Of a stretch of DNA of 40,715 nt, positions 28,004-36,148 are shown piece after piece. Source of the DNA: a bacterium (lineage in GTDB: Bacteria > UBP6 > UBA1177); assembly GCA_017997475.1 (NCBI GenBank), contig JAGOEX010000003.1, positions 1-40,715 on the forward strand, read 5' to 3'. The position numbers and the translations under genes were made by a program. How positions within the stretch are numbered: the stretch's first letter is position 1; the number at the start of each line of letters is the position of its first letter. The notes beneath the pieces are model-generated. The model was not told the DNA's origin. It did no database searches and saw nothing but the letters and a program-made list of their open reading frames with translations.

Positions 28004-28437
28004 AGGCAGTCATCATATAAAATTGGCTCTCTTTTCTTAAGAAATTCAGAAATTACAGCAAGAGATCTGCTGTCAAGTTTGATAAACTTCAGTCCCATAC
28101 CCGGCTCTTCACCGCTTATCATTGCGCTATCTTCGCCTCTTACCCAGACGACTAGAGAATCGATCTCTAATTTTTCTTTACCAAGAAAAAGTATCATTCT
28201 GAATTCTGTTCCGATGGGAAATATCTGATGAGTAGCCACAAAAACACCACCTTCGCTTATATCCATTGTCAATCCGCTGAAAAAAGTATGCGGACCTGTA
28301 AGCGTTACCTCTATTTCAACATCAATTCTCTGTGCCGTCCTCTGATTCCGGGAAGAAAACACAACTTCATCAGCATTCCTTTCCTTTTCTTCGAACATTA
28401 CCTTTTTTGCTATTCCTTTACTGTTATCAACGGCCAT
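28000..28437 (-). CDS. PilZ domain protein (putative c-di-GMP receptor)
   Basis: Canonical PilZ motifs: RxxxR (RNQRTAQR, residues ~30-37) and D/NxSxxG (DISEGG, residues ~59-64). Followed by a beta-barrel-like region with GMGLKF. GGAGG SD lies 10 nt upstream. Confidence 0.8.
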   Translation of the reverse strand: MAVDNSKGIAKKVMFEEKERNADEVVFSSRNQRTAQRIDVEIEVTLTGPHTFFSGLTMDISEGGVFVATHQIFPIGTEFRMILFLGKEKLEIDSLVVWVRGEDSAMISGEEPGMGLKFIKLDSRSLAVISEFLKKREPILYDDCL

Positions 28438-28468
28438 TTTCAGAAAACCTCCTCAATTTCAACAACAA

Positions 28469-29986
28469 TCACTGTTCCAGAACGAATTCCACTCTTCTGT
28501 TTTTAGCTTTGCCAGCAGCTGTTCTATTTGAAGAAACCGGTTTGTCAGGCCCATATCCCTTCGCTTCAAGCTTGCCGGAATCTACACCCTCGTCAACAAG
28601 AAATTCTCTTACTGCTTCAGCTCTTTTCTGAGAAAGAGATATATTCAGGTTCCTGCTGCCTACATTATCACTATGTCCTTCAATAATAACTTTTTTTACA
28701 GAAGGGGCATTTTTGAGTGCATCGGCAACTTCTTTAAGCATCTCATATGACTTCCTGTCAATGACTGCCTTACCCGTCTGGAAAAGAACAACCTGTTTAA
28801 GTTCAATTTTCTTTGCTGTAACAACAATGAGTTTATATTTTTTCGGACATCCCTTTTCTTCCTCGACTCCGGGAACATCAGGACATTTGTCCACATCATC
28901 ATTTATTCCGTCACCATCCTTGTCAAGTACCTGTGGACAACCGTTAAGCTCAACGGTACCCGGAACATCCGGACATTTATCATCAAGATCAGCAACGCTG
29001 TCACCGTCACGGTCAGGACAACCTTTAAGAGTCGTTATCCCTTTGTCATCAGGGCATCGGTCTTCAGAATCCGGGATACCGTCACCATCTCTATCAGCGG
29101 CAGGAGGACAACCCTGAAGTTCTTTCGGACCTATTGCATCAGGACATTTGTCATCTACATCAGCGATCCCGTCACCATCACGATCAGGACAACCTTTGAA
29201 TTCAGCAGTTCCCTTGTCATCGGGACAGCGGTCTGTGTTATCCGGAATACCGTCACCATCACGATCTGCAGCCGGAGGACAGCCGTTCAATTCTTTCAAA
29301 CCTTTTTCATCCGGGCAGCGGTCATCCCTGTCAGGAATACCGTCTCCGTCACGATCCTTGGCCGGAGGACATCCTTTTAGCTCAACGACACCAGGGATAT
29401 CAGGACATGAGTCATCAAGATCTGCAAGTCCGTCACCATCTCTGTCAGGGCATCCTTTAAGTTCAGCAAAACCTTTATCATCAGGACAACGGTCTGTGGA
29501 ATCAGGAACACCGTCACCGTCACGGTCTGCAGCGGGAGGACAACCATTCAGGCCGAGAGGTCCGGAAACATCAGGACATTTATCATCAATATCAGGCAGC
29601 CCGTCACCATCTTTATCGGGACAACCTTTGAATTCAGTTGTGCCGGCATCTTTGGGGCATCTGTCTTCCACATCAAGTATCCCGTCTTCATCAGCATCTT
29701 TAGGAATACAGATATCCGCATTTAATGAAGCTTTTGTAGCATAAAGATCTTTGGCCGTTATGTGTTCTTCCGCACGGTAATGATTGCCTGACTCCAGCTC
29801 GAGTCTGGCAAATTCTATGTGGCTTTCGGCCATTGCAATATCATACGGGGCGCAAATATCTGCACCGCGGTTTTTATCGACTTCAAGCCGTTTGCTCTCA
29901 AGCAGCGTGCTTTTGTAAAGTTTGCTTCCTGCAACGCATCCGCCAAGAAGCATAAAAGATATTGCTATTATTATATGTCTTTTCAT
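28469..29986 (-). CDS. OmpA-family lipoprotein with 10 thrombospondin type-3 (Ca-binding) repeats
   Basis: Lipobox FMLLGGC. Helical N-domain. Ten hand-counted units of the form D.DGDG..D..D.CPD..G...L.GCP. C-terminal OmpA peptidoglycan-binding domain (IIEGHSDNVGSRNLNISLSQKRAEAVREFL...NRRVEFVL). Confidence 0.9.
   Translation of the reverse strand: MKRHIIIAISFMLLGGCVAGSKLYKSTLLESKRLEVDKNRGADICAPYDIAMAESHIEFARLELESGNHYRAEEHITAKDLYATKASLNADICIPKDADEDGILDVEDRCPKDAGTTEFKGCPDKDGDGLPDIDDKCPDVSGPLGLNGCPPAADRDGDGVPDSTDRCPDDKGFAELKGCPDRDGDGLADLDDSCPDIPGVVELKGCPPAKDRDGDGIPDRDDRCPDEKGLKELNGCPPAADRDGDGIPDNTDRCPDDKGTAEFKGCPDRDGDGIADVDDKCPDAIGPKELQGCPPAADRDGDGIPDSEDRCPDDKGITTLKGCPDRDGDSVADLDDKCPDVPGTVELNGCPQVLDKDGDGINDDVDKCPDVPGVEEEKGCPKKYKLIVVTAKKIELKQVVLFQTGKAVIDRKSYEMLKEVADALKNAPSVKKVIIEGHSDNVGSRNLNISLSQKRAEAVREFLVDEGVDSGKLEAKGYGPDKPVSSNRTAAGKAKNRRVEFVLEQ
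28844..29698 (-). repeat. coding tandem repeats (TSP type-3 units, ~69-90 nt each) inside the OmpA gene
   Basis: Recurrent DNA strings such as ccgtcaccatcacgatc / ggacaacc on the plus strand. These correspond to residues ~97-381 of the protein. Confidence 0.8.
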
Positions 29987-30846
29987 TTTGCACCTCCCTT
30001 CGGAGCAGTGCTGTCTTCTTTTTTCTTTTCCTTTTTCTGTTCCTCTTTTTTCTCTTCCTCTTTTTCTTTTTCCTTTTCGTCAGACTGCTTTTTCAAATAT
30101 TTTTGTCTCATTTCTTCATAAACATCATAGTAAGAAGGTTTCTTTTCCTCTTTCTTTGCCGGCTCAGCTTTTTTCGGCTCCTCTTTTTTTTCTGCAAAAG
30201 GATCCCCTTTCAATGAGGGTTTTTCTTCAGGATCCGCTGTTACAGCAGGTTGCAGCTCCGGTTGCGGCTCCGGTTCCGGCTTCACTTCAGGCGCCGGTGT
30301 TAGTGCAGGTGCAGGGGTTACTGCTGCAGGGGCAGGTTCCGGCTTCACTTCAGGTGCAGGCGCCGGTGCAGATGCAGGGGTTACTGCTGCAGGGGCAGGT
30401 TCCGGCTTCACTTCAGTCGCCGGTGTTGGTGCTGGTGCAGGGGTTACTGCTGCAGGGGCAGGTTCCGGCTTTGCCCCTCCTGCTATTTTTTCTGCTTCGT
30501 TGAAATATTCCAATGCTTTTGTTGCAAGAAAATCGGATGAATCATAAATGCTTTTTGACCTAAAATCATAAGCTTTGGAAAGATATGCATCACCCTTGAA
30601 GAAATAGTAAGCCGCCTTTCTTTTTTCAAGCGGTTTAACTTCATCCGCAGCTTTTTTTGCCAGCGATCTTCTCCCGAATTCATCGGTTTCGACTATGTCG
30701 GCCTTTTCAAATGCGGTGGCGATTTTACCAAGAGACTTTTCCCGCTGGTCTTCCGCTTTCCATATTGAAGAAGTAGATCTGGCGATCCCGCATGATACGA
30801 ATATTACCGGTATCATTGCAAAAAAAACAACTGACACTAATCTCAT
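29983..30846 (-). CDS. lipoprotein with Pro/Ala-rich 21-aa tandem repeats and Lys/Glu-rich tail
   Basis: Signal plus Cys (MRLVSVVFFAMIPVIFVSC). Helical N-domain (AAYYFFKGDAYLSKAYDF...ALEYFNEAEKIAG). Three copies of EVKPEPAPAAVTPAPAxTPAP. C-terminal KEKEKEEEKKEEQKKEKKKE. ATGA overlap with the OmpA gene. Confidence 0.75.
   Translation of the reverse strand: MRLVSVVFFAMIPVIFVSCGIARSTSSIWKAEDQREKSLGKIATAFEKADIVETDEFGRRSLAKKAADEVKPLEKRKAAYYFFKGDAYLSKAYDFRSKSIYDSSDFLATKALEYFNEAEKIAGGAKPEPAPAAVTPAPAPTPATEVKPEPAPAAVTPASAPAPAPEVKPEPAPAAVTPAPALTPAPEVKPEPEPQPELQPAVTADPEEKPSLKGDPFAEKKEEPKKAEPAKKEEKKPSYYDVYEEMRQKYLKKQSDEKEKEKEEEKKEEQKKEKKKEDSTAPKGGAK
30272..30472. repeat. 63-bp direct tandem repeat, 3 full copies plus a partial one, GC-rich relative to surroundings
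   Basis: The unit starting ggttccggcttcacttcag recurs at 30272, 30335, 30398 and 30461 (partial), an exact 63-nt period. It is in frame within the 287-aa gene. Confidence 0.9.
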
Positions 30847-30875
30847 AACGACCTCTGCCTAATAATTAGTGAGAA

Positions 30876-30904
30876 AAGTTACCAGAAATATCTGGCTCAG
30901 TCAA
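30876..30904 (-). promoter_or_regulatory. possible sigma70-type promoter heading the 17-gene array
   Basis: On the minus strand: TTGACT (30904-30899), 17-nt spacer containing the palindrome CCAGATATTTCTGG, TAACTT (30881-30876). It lies ~30 nt upstream of the ATG at 30846, which has an AGAGG SD. Found by eye only. Confidence 0.35.
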
Positions 30905-30929
30905 GTTTAAATCTGCATGAAAATAAAGA

Positions 30930-33722
30930 TTAGAAATTAATCCAGTTCTTATACTCAATAAAGGGGGAGACCCACTCGCTATCTTCGAAACCGTTCTCCT
31001 CAAAAAAGTGGAGAAATGCCTTGATTATTGTAAAATCCATTCCTATCATTGCATTGTAGAATCCTTCTTTCATCAACTCTTCCCATTCATCTTTCTGTGC
31101 ATATCTTATCTTGCCCAACAGGAGGAGAATTTTTGACTTAAAATAAGATACTGAATATTTTTCTGCATATTCGAGAGCTTCTTCCAGAATCGCACTTGCC
31201 TTGTCATTGTCATTGAGCATTATGCATACTTCGGCAAGCTTGCATGCACATCTGATGTAAAGGGAATATACAAATTCCGCAGGCGAAACACCTTTCCCGT
31301 CATATTTTACAATTACATCCCTTAAAATTTTGTAACCTCTTGTGGCAAAAGTGACTGCATCCAGATAATTGCCTGAATTCACGAGTATATCTGTTGTTCT
31401 GTCGATAAGCCCTATCTCCTCTTCATAGCAACCAGCCATGTGAAGTTTCTTGACAATATCTGCAATGGTTGTCATATCAACATCTTCGGCAAGAAGAAGT
31501 ATCTCACCTCTTGCAACAAGCTCAAGATGATAATCAGATCTTGTCTTTGCGTATGTTACAAGCTTTTCCCAGAATATTTTTGCCCATTGCGGCTCAACTA
31601 TGCGCCATAAACGGGCATTCTTGATCTCAGGAAGGATTTTAAAATCGTCGTTTGTATCATCAGATTCAAATGATGAAACTATTGTCTGGTACGACCTTTG
31701 AGATATTTCAAAAAATCCGAGCTTTTCCATATAAACAGCAGAAGAGAAAAGGAATGAGTTCATCCTTCTGTCAACAATACCGCCCAGATTTATATAGCTT
31801 AAAAGAAGCCAGTGTTTGTTAAGCTGATAAATTTCAGCGGGGGTTGAAGCGAGTTTCGAAACAAGCTCTTTATAGAAAGCCCTTTCCTGCTTTCCTATCT
31901 TAACCTTCTTTTTTAAAGCTGTGAGTATCGATCTGGATGTAAATCTTAAATGATCCTTGGTTTCTATGAGGTACCCTTTTTTTACAAGTTCCTCTACACA
32001 CGAAGCACCGGTTGTTGAAACCAGAGTGAAAAGGGACTTCGGGACTTCATAAAGATTAAGAAGCGTAAATTCCCTCAGTGTTCTGGCAACATCCTCAGGA
32101 AGCATGTCAACTCTCAAAGATATGAGCTCATCAAGATTTTCAGGGCATACAAAATCATCAGGAAGTTTTGAAAAACGCCAACTTCCCTTCATTTCAAAAA
32201 TAAATCCTCTGTCCTTTAGATATTCAGCAAGCTGGACAGTAAAAAGTATATTTCCTGATGCCTTGTCCTTGAGAAGTTTTTCAAGGTCTGCAGGGATTTT
32301 TTTTGTATTTAGCACCACACCGACTTCCTCAATGAGGCGGTCTTCAGGGAAACCATTGAACTCATAAATATTTTCCTTAACGCTGTTCCCGAGTACCGCC
32401 GCATCAGGATCCACCACGAATACTACCGACATTGGCATACACTCAAAAACCCTGTTAAGACTTGCGAAAAACTTAATCGATCTTACATTAAGTGTGTTTG
32501 CGTTGTTGATGACCCAGAGCACCGGTTTGCTTCTGCTTAGACCGTAAAGAACATATGAAAGAAGATATTCTATGTCATGTTTGGGCAATTTGGTTTTAAC
32601 AGGTGAGAAATTGAGACAGATAAGAGCACTCAGGCACTCTTTCTTGCTATCAGGAAGAGCTTCTCCGAACAGTTTATCAAATTTCTTTTTTACAGTATTG
32701 ACATCGTTGCTTTTTATTTTCATCAGCGCTTTGATAAGAATGATGAAAATCATAAAATCAAAATCAAAAATGTTGGCATCTGAAACAACAATACTGTAAC
32801 CATTCTCAGGAGCGTTTTTTTCCGAAAAACTTCTAAGGCGGTTAACTATATGGCTCTTGCCGCTTCCTGAACTGCCTTTAAGATAAAATGAGCCGCCTTT
32901 ACAGATACGGAATCTTTCTTCTATCTTTCTGAACATGGGAGCACAGCTTTCCTGAAATTCAGATGTCACTGTTTCATTAATGAGAGAGTCGAGAGAAACA
33001 TCATATTTTTCATTTACTTCGGCCGGGTTAAGAAAATACTGGTCCGGCTCCTTGACAAGTATTTTTTCACTCTTAAGGTTAAAAGCACTTTCGTCTTTTT
33101 CGTTTGAGGAAACAGACTCGACACTCATTCCTTCAGGAGGCGGAACATCAGAACTTTCTCCAGCGGAAAGCTGTTCAGAACCGTCAAGTGATGTCAGTTC
33201 ATTGAAAAGTGAGTCCAGATCTATATCACCTTTTGACTGAACAGGTTCCTTTTTCGATTTTTTATTCTGGGGAGCATTCGGAGAAACTATTCTTTTATCA
33301 CTTTCATTCTTTGATTGTGCTGAATCTTCAGACGCCTTCTTTGAATCCTTCTCTATCTTAAGTTCCGGTCCGCCTGCGGGCTCATCTGTTGCTGAACCGT
33401 TGATCTCTATTTCAATATCCTGTTTGTCCGTAGAAATGTCATTTGTTTCGATCACAACACTGTCATCATCTGAAACTTCTTCAAGAACAAAGATTTCCTC
33501 ATCTTCCTGTTTAATTTCAGGCAAATCCTCAACATAGTCGTCCTTTTCTTCAATCTTTTCGATCAGGTCCGAAAGTTTACCTCCACATGACATACAGAAA
33601 TTAGCACTTTTTTCGTAAGAGATGTCACACGATTCGCAAATCTTTTCCAATTTCTTGCCGCAGGAGATACAGAAACCCTTAATTTTAATATCAGACACAT
33701 TTGAACAATAGAAGCACTTCAT
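30930..33722 (-). CDS. double-zinc-ribbon / P-loop NTPase (AAA_16/STAND-like) / TPR-like repeat protein
   Basis: N-terminus CFYCSNVSDIKIKGFCISCGKKLEKICESCDISYEKSANFCMSCGGKL (four CxxC pairs). About 200 aa of acidic low-complexity linker. Walker A LKGSSGSGKSHIV (residues ~281-293). About 450 aa of helical repeat-like C-terminus. Confidence 0.65.
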   Translation of the reverse strand: MKCFYCSNVSDIKIKGFCISCGKKLEKICESCDISYEKSANFCMSCGGKLSDLIEKIEEKDDYVEDLPEIKQEDEEIFVLEEVSDDDSVVIETNDISTDKQDIEIEINGSATDEPAGGPELKIEKDSKKASEDSAQSKNESDKRIVSPNAPQNKKSKKEPVQSKGDIDLDSLFNELTSLDGSEQLSAGESSDVPPPEGMSVESVSSNEKDESAFNLKSEKILVKEPDQYFLNPAEVNEKYDVSLDSLINETVTSEFQESCAPMFRKIEERFRICKGGSFYLKGSSGSGKSHIVNRLRSFSEKNAPENGYSIVVSDANIFDFDFMIFIILIKALMKIKSNDVNTVKKKFDKLFGEALPDSKKECLSALICLNFSPVKTKLPKHDIEYLLSYVLYGLSRSKPVLWVINNANTLNVRSIKFFASLNRVFECMPMSVVFVVDPDAAVLGNSVKENIYEFNGFPEDRLIEEVGVVLNTKKIPADLEKLLKDKASGNILFTVQLAEYLKDRGFIFEMKGSWRFSKLPDDFVCPENLDELISLRVDMLPEDVARTLREFTLLNLYEVPKSLFTLVSTTGASCVEELVKKGYLIETKDHLRFTSRSILTALKKKVKIGKQERAFYKELVSKLASTPAEIYQLNKHWLLLSYINLGGIVDRRMNSFLFSSAVYMEKLGFFEISQRSYQTIVSSFESDDTNDDFKILPEIKNARLWRIVEPQWAKIFWEKLVTYAKTRSDYHLELVARGEILLLAEDVDMTTIADIVKKLHMAGCYEEEIGLIDRTTDILVNSGNYLDAVTFATRGYKILRDVIVKYDGKGVSPAEFVYSLYIRCACKLAEVCIMLNDNDKASAILEEALEYAEKYSVSYFKSKILLLLGKIRYAQKDEWEELMKEGFYNAMIGMDFTIIKAFLHFFEENGFEDSEWVSPFIEYKNWINF

Positions 33723-33775
33723 CGTATAGCCCTGATTTTATTAACTTAATTTCATCATCAATTTCTTTTCCAAGC

Positions 33776-34813
33776 TTAATGCTCCACCCACTTCAAATCG
33801 GAACCGGAGAGAGTATATATTTTTACTTTAAATTTTTCCATAATTTTTTTTATCAGCTCATCTTCTTTTATTGCAACTGAAACCGCTGTTGCGGCAACAT
33901 CAGCTGTCAAAGCATTTTGAGCAGTTACCGTTACTGACTTTGCATCAACTACAGGTTTTCCTGTTCTCGGATCAAATATGTGTGAAAATCTTTTATCATT
34001 TATCACAAAAAATCTTTCGTAATCTCCGCTGGTTGCAATGCCGACGCACTCTTTATCGCCAAACGAAAGGGTTTTCAAATGATCTGACGGATCTGCAGGA
34101 TTTTTTATCCCTATTTTCCAAGGTTCTTTCCCCTTTTTTCCGCAAACCAGCATGTCACCGCCGTAATTTACAATAAAATCTTTTATTCCGTTTTTCTTAA
34201 TTATCTCGCCGGCTCTATCTATGGCATAACCTTTTGCTATTCCGCCAAGATCTATCAGCACCCCTTCTTTTTTATATTTTATAACATTTTTCTCACAATC
34301 AGCCAAAATCATTTCTGAACCTGTAAGCTTTATCTTTTCTTTGAGTTCTTCCTCCCCCGGCTCTTTTCCTTCTTCCCAGAGAGCACCCTCGCTTTTATAT
34401 GTTATGTCAAAAACTCCATCCGTCATTTTTCCGTATTCAAGCGAAGTCTTTATCAGCATACATACATGATTCGGCACTTGAACTTCTTTAAAAAATGCAT
34501 CTCTGTTGAGAACTGAAACGAAGCTTTCCGGTTTATAATAACTCAACTCTTTTTCGATCAGTTCGGCATCTTTTTGCAGCGAGTCTTCCATGGCATCGTT
34601 TTCAGTACCGGTATAAATAACGCTCAGCACTGTTCCCATGCCCGAAAAAGTATATTTCTGAACATTCTCACTTTCACTGCAGGAAACAGTAAAAAAAGAA
34701 AAAACAAGACATTTTATAACTATCGATCTAACTATCTTTCCCTTCAACTGGCAGGAATTCACAAATCTTTTCAATAAGCACCTCCTTTCTGACCGGTTTT
34801 TCAATAAGGGCAT
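33776..34813 (-). CDS. apbE: ApbE-family FAD:protein FMN transferase (lipoprotein)
   Basis: Motifs DLGGIAKGYAIDRAGEII, NYGGDMLVCG, WKIGIKNP, ATSGDYERFF and HIFDPRTGKP. Lipobox FFTVSC. An in-frame TTG at 34747 would give a conventional signal peptide (M)KGKIVRSIVIKCLVFSFFTVSC. ATG 34813 has the better SD. Either start overlaps the kinase gene. Confidence 0.8.
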   Translation of the reverse strand: MPLLKNRSERRCLLKRFVNSCQLKGKIVRSIVIKCLVFSFFTVSCSESENVQKYTFSGMGTVLSVIYTGTENDAMEDSLQKDAELIEKELSYYKPESFVSVLNRDAFFKEVQVPNHVCMLIKTSLEYGKMTDGVFDITYKSEGALWEEGKEPGEEELKEKIKLTGSEMILADCEKNVIKYKKEGVLIDLGGIAKGYAIDRAGEIIKKNGIKDFIVNYGGDMLVCGKKGKEPWKIGIKNPADPSDHLKTLSFGDKECVGIATSGDYERFFVINDKRFSHIFDPRTGKPVVDAKSVTVTAQNALTADVAATAVSVAIKEDELIKKIMEKFKVKIYTLSGSDLKWVEH

Positions 34814-36089
34814 TGCAGACCCTTAGAATTTCAGGAACCTGTTCTTTTCCGGCCAGTGCTGTAACTGCAATAATCGGAATGTGTTTCAGTTCAGCATTAT
34901 TTCTTATTACTTTCGAGGCTGACAGCCCGTCAAGATCAGGCATGAGAATATCCATGAGAATTATGTCGGGTTTTATGTTTTTTGCGACACTTATGGCATC
35001 TCTGCCATTTGAAACTTCAAAAAGATTAAGATTGGAAGTACTGAGAAAATTTTTAAGCACCTCTCTGTTCATTATGTTATCTTCAGCGATCAGGACTTTT
35101 TCACCGTTGAATCTTACACTTTTTGAACTCTCACTCAGTCTTTTAAGTTCAGAGCGCACCAAGTCCTTTGAAACTTCAACCCCTTTGATTGAAACGAAGA
35201 AAACGGAACCTCTGCCGGGTTCACTTTCAACGCTTATGGTTCCCCCCATCATTTCGACAAATTTCCGGCAAAGTGCAAGTCCGAGCCCTGTTCCGCCGTA
35301 TTTTCTTGTGCTCTGTCCATCCTGCTGTACAAACGGTTCGAACATTTTGTCCTTCTGTTCAGGAGGAATGCCTATACCAGTGTCCTTTACCGTTATCGTT
35401 ATATCTACACACCCCTTTATATCCGACACTGATGCATACGACCAGACGCGGATCTCTCCGGTCTCAGTGAATTTAAATGAATTGCCGACAAGGTTGTGAA
35501 TGATCTGTCTTAATCTCGTGCCGTCAATTTTCACCACTTTGGGCATCTTGTCGTCAATATTAACCGAAAAAACTATATTCTTTTCTGCCGATCTCGGCAT
35601 ATACGCTTTTCTTATCTCATCAAAAAGATCGTAAATGTTGATGAAATCAGGGTCGAGCTTCATTTTACCGACCTCTATTTTCGAAATATCAAGAATGTCA
35701 CTTATTATATTCGTGAGATTTTCACATGCTTTCTCAATGTTTTCAACAGCTTCCACAGCTTTTTCATTTCCTTTCGACTCCTCTTTAAGCAGATATGAAA
35801 AACCGGTTATGACATTAAGCGGCGTCCTTATTTCATGGTTCATGTTAGCAAGGAATTCGGTTTTAGCCCTGTTTGCATCTTCCGCTTTCTGCATCGCCCT
35901 GCGGAGCTCCCTCGTTCTTTCGTTCACTATCTGGTCAAGACTGTCCCTCTGCTTTTTCATCTCCTCATCGAACATTTTCCTCATTGACTCAGCTTTTCTC
36001 GCCCTCTTTTCCCTGAACAGAAGAATGATGACCGTTACACTAAGCACCAGTTGAATTAAAATGTTTATGTTCTCTGTAGCGAATCTCAA
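34728..36089 (-). CDS. hybrid sensor histidine kinase / response regulator
   Basis: Single N-terminal TM plus coiled coil. H-box FLANMNHEIRTPLN, N-box HNLVGNSFKFT, G-boxes VKDTGIGIP and GGTGLGLALC. C-terminal receiver VLIAEDNIMNREV...DIILMDILMPDLDG. Confidence 0.9.
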   Translation of the reverse strand: MRFATENINILIQLVLSVTVIILLFREKRARKAESMRKMFDEEMKKQRDSLDQIVNERTRELRRAMQKAEDANRAKTEFLANMNHEIRTPLNVITGFSYLLKEESKGNEKAVEAVENIEKACENLTNIISDILDISKIEVGKMKLDPDFINIYDLFDEIRKAYMPRSAEKNIVFSVNIDDKMPKVVKIDGTRLRQIIHNLVGNSFKFTETGEIRVWSYASVSDIKGCVDITITVKDTGIGIPPEQKDKMFEPFVQQDGQSTRKYGGTGLGLALCRKFVEMMGGTISVESEPGRGSVFFVSIKGVEVSKDLVRSELKRLSESSKSVRFNGEKVLIAEDNIMNREVLKNFLSTSNLNLFEVSNGRDAISVAKNIKPDIILMDILMPDLDGLSASKVIRNNAELKHIPIIAVTALAGKEQVPEILRVCNALIEKPVRKEVLIEKICEFLPVEGKDS

Positions 36090-36148
36090 AACGGAACCTG
36101 CTAAATTTTTCGGGTTATCTTATCAATTAATCGGGAAATCTCAATTTT

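Noticed and set aside
28713-29744. Plus-strand ORFs of 134 and 198 aa with SGQP/SPSRS repeats
   Set aside because: They are mirror images of the TSP type-3 repeats on the opposite strand. The periodicity is inherited from the real OmpA gene.
30272-30472. 63-bp direct repeats as a possible CRISPR array
   Set aside because: The copies are contiguous with no spacers. They are in frame within a CDS, are not palindromic, and no cas genes are present.
29922-30503. Plus-strand 193-aa and 84-aa low-complexity ORFs (poly-F/L, QGLLLQGQVPA repeats)
   Set aside because: They are antisense to the 287-aa lipoprotein gene and are the reverse reading of its Lys/Glu tail and Pro/Ala repeats.
34813-35499. 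228-aa plus-strand ORF
   Set aside because: It is fully antisense to the histidine kinase gene, whose H, N and G boxes are unambiguous. It has no SD and a low-complexity translation.
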